Assembly: GCA_963728915.1 (NCBI GenBank)
Contig: CAVSLV010000001.1
Span: 160,001-224,000 of the forward strand
Source: an uncultured Gemmatimonadales bacterium
Lineage (GTDB): Bacteria > Gemmatimonadota > Gemmatimonadetes > Gemmatimonadales > GWC2-71-9
Length of the DNA stretch: 64,000 bases
Direction of reading: 5' to 3'
Numbering within the stretch: position 1 is the stretch's first letter; each line of letters begins with the position of its first letter. A model generated the notes under the pieces. The model worked only from the letters and a program-made list of their open reading frames with translations. It searched no databases and had not been told where the DNA came from. This document shows, piece after piece, positions 60,372-64,000 of the stretch. A program made the translations under genes and the position numbers.

Positions 60372-61103
60372 GGGTTGCTCGCTTGCCTTTCGGCTTGAGG
60401 GAGAGGAGCGCCGGGTGCGCGTAGCGATACAGCCGGCCGGTTTTCCCGAGGGCCTTGCGGTAGCGGGAGACGAGGTGGCTGCTGTCGTACTGGGGCCAGC
60501 TCACGTACCCACCGTGGGCCCCCTTGCGGGGATCGAAGAAGCCGATCTCTCCATTGTCGTTCCAGCGAAATGCCTTGAGGCCGGTTCCCAGAAAATCGTT
60601 CCGGCCGCCCTCCTCTTTCATGGCGTTGTAATAATGCGGTAGCACGAAGTTGGAGACCGATGACTCCCGTCGATCTCGTAGGTCTCACTCTGGACCGGGT
60701 CGCAGACCTCGCGATAGTGGAACACTTCGCGCTGGTAGGCTGGATGGGGACCCCGGGCCAGGGTATTGAGCTGAGGGTCGGCGATGAGCTCGAGAGCCTC
60801 ATGGGAGAGGGCGCTGTGCCAGTTGAGCCAGGGGATCGATTCGTGGGCGAGGGCGGAGATCTCGGTGAAAATGTGTCCGGTCGGAATGTTGTTGGGATTC
60901 CAGTGAAAGTTGTGTCCGTGGTCGTAGATCCGGATGATGGCGTCCGCGTCAAGGACCTGGCCCTTGCGGTCGGCCAGGCGCAGGGTTCCGGTCAGATCCC
61001 AGTAGGGAGAGAAGTCCTCGACGATCTGGCGGTTCACCGCCCGGATGGCGGCGAGCACATCGGTATCGGGAACCTTGGAATGGTTCTTCACGACGATGAT
61101 CAT
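60358..61103 (-). CDS. Conserved hypothetical protein with HExxE motif (frameshifted at ~60653-60667)
   Basis: AAIRAVNRQI.EDF.PYW, ALSHEALELIADP, EVCDPVQ..TYEIDG; removing two single G's gives ...DGVIVSNFVLPHYY and joins ORF 60358-60645. Confidence 0.7.
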
Positions 61104-61220
61104 GAGGGCTCCGGAGCTGGGCGGATGGAACCATCCCCCCCGTAAGTTGCCCTGTTTGACGGGGCGCGCCAGTGCCGAACCGGACCGCGAGGGCGGCCGA
61201 GAGCCGTGCCGGGATCTGGC

Positions 61221-62738
61221 TCACCGCTCCAACCGGGCCCCGGGGTCCAGGGCCGGCCGGCGCGCCGCGTTAGCCGCGTACCATCCGGTCAGGTACATCC
61301 ACCGCGCCATCCGGGTGAGCTTGGCGTAGTCGATCCGCTCGGGCACATCGTTGGCCGTGTGATAGTCGTCGTGCAGGTTGGTCGAGTACATCAGAGCCGG
61401 AACTCCCACCCGCGCGTAGGGCAGGTGATCGCTGCGGAAGTACCATCCCTCGGGGTGCGTCGGCCGGTCCCACAACGTGTCCAGCACGAAGTGCGAGGTT
61501 TCGGCGTTGGCGCGAAGCGCCATCTCGACCAGCGCGGTGGAGTTCCGGTGGGGTGGCTGAGCCCCGAGGAGCGCGGCTGAGTCGGGATTGTTGCGGCCGA
61601 TCATGTCTCCGTTCAACACCGCGACGATCTGCCCGATCGGCACCACTGGGTGGGCCGAGTGATAGCGGGAGCCGAGGAGCCCGCGCTCCTCGGAGCCGTG
61701 GTGCACGAAGAGCAGGGAGCGGCGGGGCGGCGCCTTGACGAAGGCGCGCGCCGCAGCGAACTGCGCCACGCTCACCGAGGCATTGTCGTCCGCGCCGGCG
61801 AGCACCGAATCGTGCGCGGTGAGCAGGCGCACCCCGTTGGCGTCCTGGTGCGAGCTATAGAGGACGTACTCGTTGCGGAGGGCAGGGTCGGTGCCGCGGA
61901 GCCTCCCGATCACGTTCACCGACGGGACATCGAAGCGTTCCAGCCGGAGCGAGAGCGTGGCGTTGGCTCCTCCCAGCAGGGCAGGGCCCTCCGCTCCGCG
62001 GACCAGTACCGCGGGCGTCGGTCCTTCGCCGAGACTGGGCGGTGGGCCGATTCGGTCGGAGCCGTTCGCGGTGCGCGGGGTGGCGTGATCCACGTCGTAG
62101 CTTCCCCGTCCTCGCTGGATCGCCTGGTAGTCGAACAGGGAGTCGGTATCGGGGCCGGAGACCAGGATGATGGCGCTCGCCCCCCGGCGGGTGAATCCCA
62201 GGAGCGCCGTGCGCACGGCGGCCTCGACGTAGCGCACCCCGTAGGGATACGACGTGGTCCGAACCGAACCGGCAGGAGGCGTGGGGAGCAGGGTCGCAAC
62301 GATCCGGCCTCGGAGGTCGATCGACGTATCCGACGGGTCTGAGATCCAGAGCACGGGCCCCGAGGCTTCGACAGGGACCACGGTGATCGGCACAAGGTCC
62401 CTGTTCACCGCCAGAGGGCGCCCTGCGATCTCGGCATGGCTCGCGATCTCGGAGACCCGGGTCCGGGTGATGGGGAACCACTGAAACCAGGTCCCGTTCT
62501 CGCCGGCGGGCTCGAGCCCGATCTTCTTGTATTGCTCCGCGATCCAGAGCGAAGCCCGGATCTCGTCGAGCGTGCCGCCTTCGCGGCCCCGCATTTCCGG
62601 CGAAGCCATGGCGAAGAGGTCGCGGCGGATGTCCGCCTCGCGGATTTCGCGGATCGCCTCGGGAACCCGGGCGGTCGAAGGTGCCTGCTGGGCCAGGAGG
62701 GTGCCTGGCAGCAGGAGAGCGAGGATCAGGCAGCGCAT
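61221..62738 (-). CDS. M28 family metallopeptidase (secreted)
   Basis: MRGREGGT, NVIG..RG.DP, YSSHQD, GADDNAS, GSEERGLLGS, NGDMIGR, RSDHLPY, DYHT..D; signal peptide from ATG 62738. Confidence 0.92.
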   Translation of the reverse strand: MRCLILALLLPGTLLAQQAPSTARVPEAIREIREADIRRDLFAMASPEMRGREGGTLDEIRASLWIAEQYKKIGLEPAGENGTWFQWFPITRTRVSEIASHAEIAGRPLAVNRDLVPITVVPVEASGPVLWISDPSDTSIDLRGRIVATLLPTPPAGSVRTTSYPYGVRYVEAAVRTALLGFTRRGASAIILVSGPDTDSLFDYQAIQRGRGSYDVDHATPRTANGSDRIGPPPSLGEGPTPAVLVRGAEGPALLGGANATLSLRLERFDVPSVNVIGRLRGTDPALRNEYVLYSSHQDANGVRLLTAHDSVLAGADDNASVSVAQFAAARAFVKAPPRRSLLFVHHGSEERGLLGSRYHSAHPVVPIGQIVAVLNGDMIGRNNPDSAALLGAQPPHRNSTALVEMALRANAETSHFVLDTLWDRPTHPEGWYFRSDHLPYARVGVPALMYSTNLHDDYHTANDVPERIDYAKLTRMARWMYLTGWYAANAARRPALDPGARLER

Positions 62739-62868
62739 GGAAAGCCTCGGGCAAGCGAACGGGCCGGTTCTCCGGACTCGCGGTTCCTCGCGAGCCCGGG
62801 GATCATACCGCCTACCGGGTGACGGCGCGACATCGGGAGAGGCGCCCGGTGGATGGGCCGGAAGGGGT

Positions 62869-63999
62869 TTAGCGGCTCCCCAGCGGGGGCACCGGGTACC
62901 GCTCCAGGAATTGCAGCCCGGATTCCTGCTCCCGCACTGCGTAGAGCCCTTTCCGTCCCACCGCCAGAATCCGGCGCCCGGCCCCGAGCTCCACCTGTGC
63001 GATTCGCCGTCCGGATCCGTCGAACACATCGTACTGCGCCGGCGTGCCCTGTTCGGAGGGATGGCCCACCCAGAGGATTCCGCCCGGCGCGGCGAGCACG
63101 TCACCGGCGCTGAACATGGGATGCCGTTCCGCGAACTGGGTGCCGGGGGTGATCGCCGCGACTTCGGCCTCGGTCGGCGTCGGCGAATGGCCTAACCCGC
63201 CTCCGGGACCCCTGCCGCTCATGGGACTCTGGGTCAGGAACTCCCGGACGAAGGCCACCCGGTCGGCCGGAGTGACCGGGCGGGTTGGGAAGGCATAGCT
63301 CGGTCCCCCCACCCCCGTCTGTCCGGGACGGAACGACTCGATGCGATAGCTGCCGGCGCGGACCACCCGGATCCTCCCCTGATCGTCCAGGGTCCACGCG
63401 TCCTGGGCTGCGTAACCGACCGTGGGAATCCGGGGCGTCTTCGCCGGGCTCCGGATGTCGGAACGCATCCGGTCTCCCTGAATCACGGTGACCAGACTCT
63501 CCGCGTTGGTTTCGGGGCTCCAGCGCACCACCCTCACCGAGTCGTCGGGAAGGGGATTGGCTTCGGACCACGCCGGCACGGCGTAGTAGAAGTCTCCCCT
63601 GGCATCGACGCCCCGCACCCCAAGCAGCCCGATCCGCTGCCCGGTGATGGTGCGCACCGGGGAGCCGGTGGGATCGAACACCAGGAGGCGGTTGTTGCCG
63701 AGGTCAACTAGGAGCGTGCTGTCGCCGGAGAAGGGGATCAACCGGGTGGGGAGCCGCGCCTCCCTGGGCCCACTGCCCTGAGTGACTTTGGGAGTGACGG
63801 TCTTCCGGGAGAAATCCACCAGCACCACCCGTTCGTCCATATAGTCGCTGACGAGCGCTCTCCCGTCAGGGAGCTCTCGGATGCCCCGGACCGCCGAGAA
63901 CTCCTCGGGCAGGGTCGCATCAGGGGTGGTGAGCTTGATCGCCGCATTTGGAGGGGCCTGGGTCTGCAATAGAACGGCGAGGCTGAGCAGGATCGGCAT
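62869..63999 (-). CDS. Secreted beta-propeller (NHL/6-bladed-like) hypothetical protein
   Basis: Signal peptide; VRGIRELPDGRALVSD, GSGPRE.R.P, GDSTLLVDLGNNRLLVFDP.G, YDVFDGSG; start at window edge. Confidence 0.7.
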   Translation of the reverse strand: MPILLSLAVLLQTQAPPNAAIKLTTPDATLPEEFSAVRGIRELPDGRALVSDYMDERVVLVDFSRKTVTPKVTQGSGPREARLPTRLIPFSGDSTLLVDLGNNRLLVFDPTGSPVRTITGQRIGLLGVRGVDARGDFYYAVPAWSEANPLPDDSVRVVRWSPETNAESLVTVIQGDRMRSDIRSPAKTPRIPTVGYAAQDAWTLDDQGRIRVVRAGSYRIESFRPGQTGVGGPSYAFPTRPVTPADRVAFVREFLTQSPMSGRGPGGGLGHSPTPTEAEVAAITPGTQFAERHPMFSAGDVLAAPGGILWVGHPSEQGTPAQYDVFDGSGRRIAQVELGAGRRILAVGRKGLYAVREQESGLQFLERYPVPPLGSR

Positions 64000-64000
64000 C

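Overview
High-GC bacterial chromosomal segment. Gene content and style suggest Gemmatimonadota, which is an inference. The backbone is mostly housekeeping: trxA (partial), rsmI, a JAB-DinG helicase, gltX, purH/purN, selA, valS, thrS, thiolase/hbd, rpiB, glyA, nnr, thiL, plsC, eno and ftsB, plus three tRNAs (Ser-GCT, Ser-TGA, Met/CAT) and one IS630 element with intact ends. Standouts: (1) a compact RiPP-like cluster just downstream of tRNA-Met (very Lys-rich Cys/Ser/Thr peptide + APH-type kinase + HopA1-type lyase + LanC cyclase), resembling a LanC-containing class V lanthipeptide system with no transporter or protease; (2) a family of short-period (7/8/9-bp) tandem-repeat arrays, most in inverted pairs, at gene junctions; one pair brackets a decayed four-helix-bundle gene and another appears to encode a lipoprotein signal peptide; (3) a non-palindromic motif G(G/T)GTTAGG scattered on both strands inside genes; (4) recurrent TANNNT boxes 6-8 nt before ATG (leaderless-type starts); (5) clusters of +1 frameshifts (50.4-52.2 kb, 60.65 kb, IS630) that most likely reflect consensus indel errors. 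All family calls come from motif recognition by eye, not database searches.
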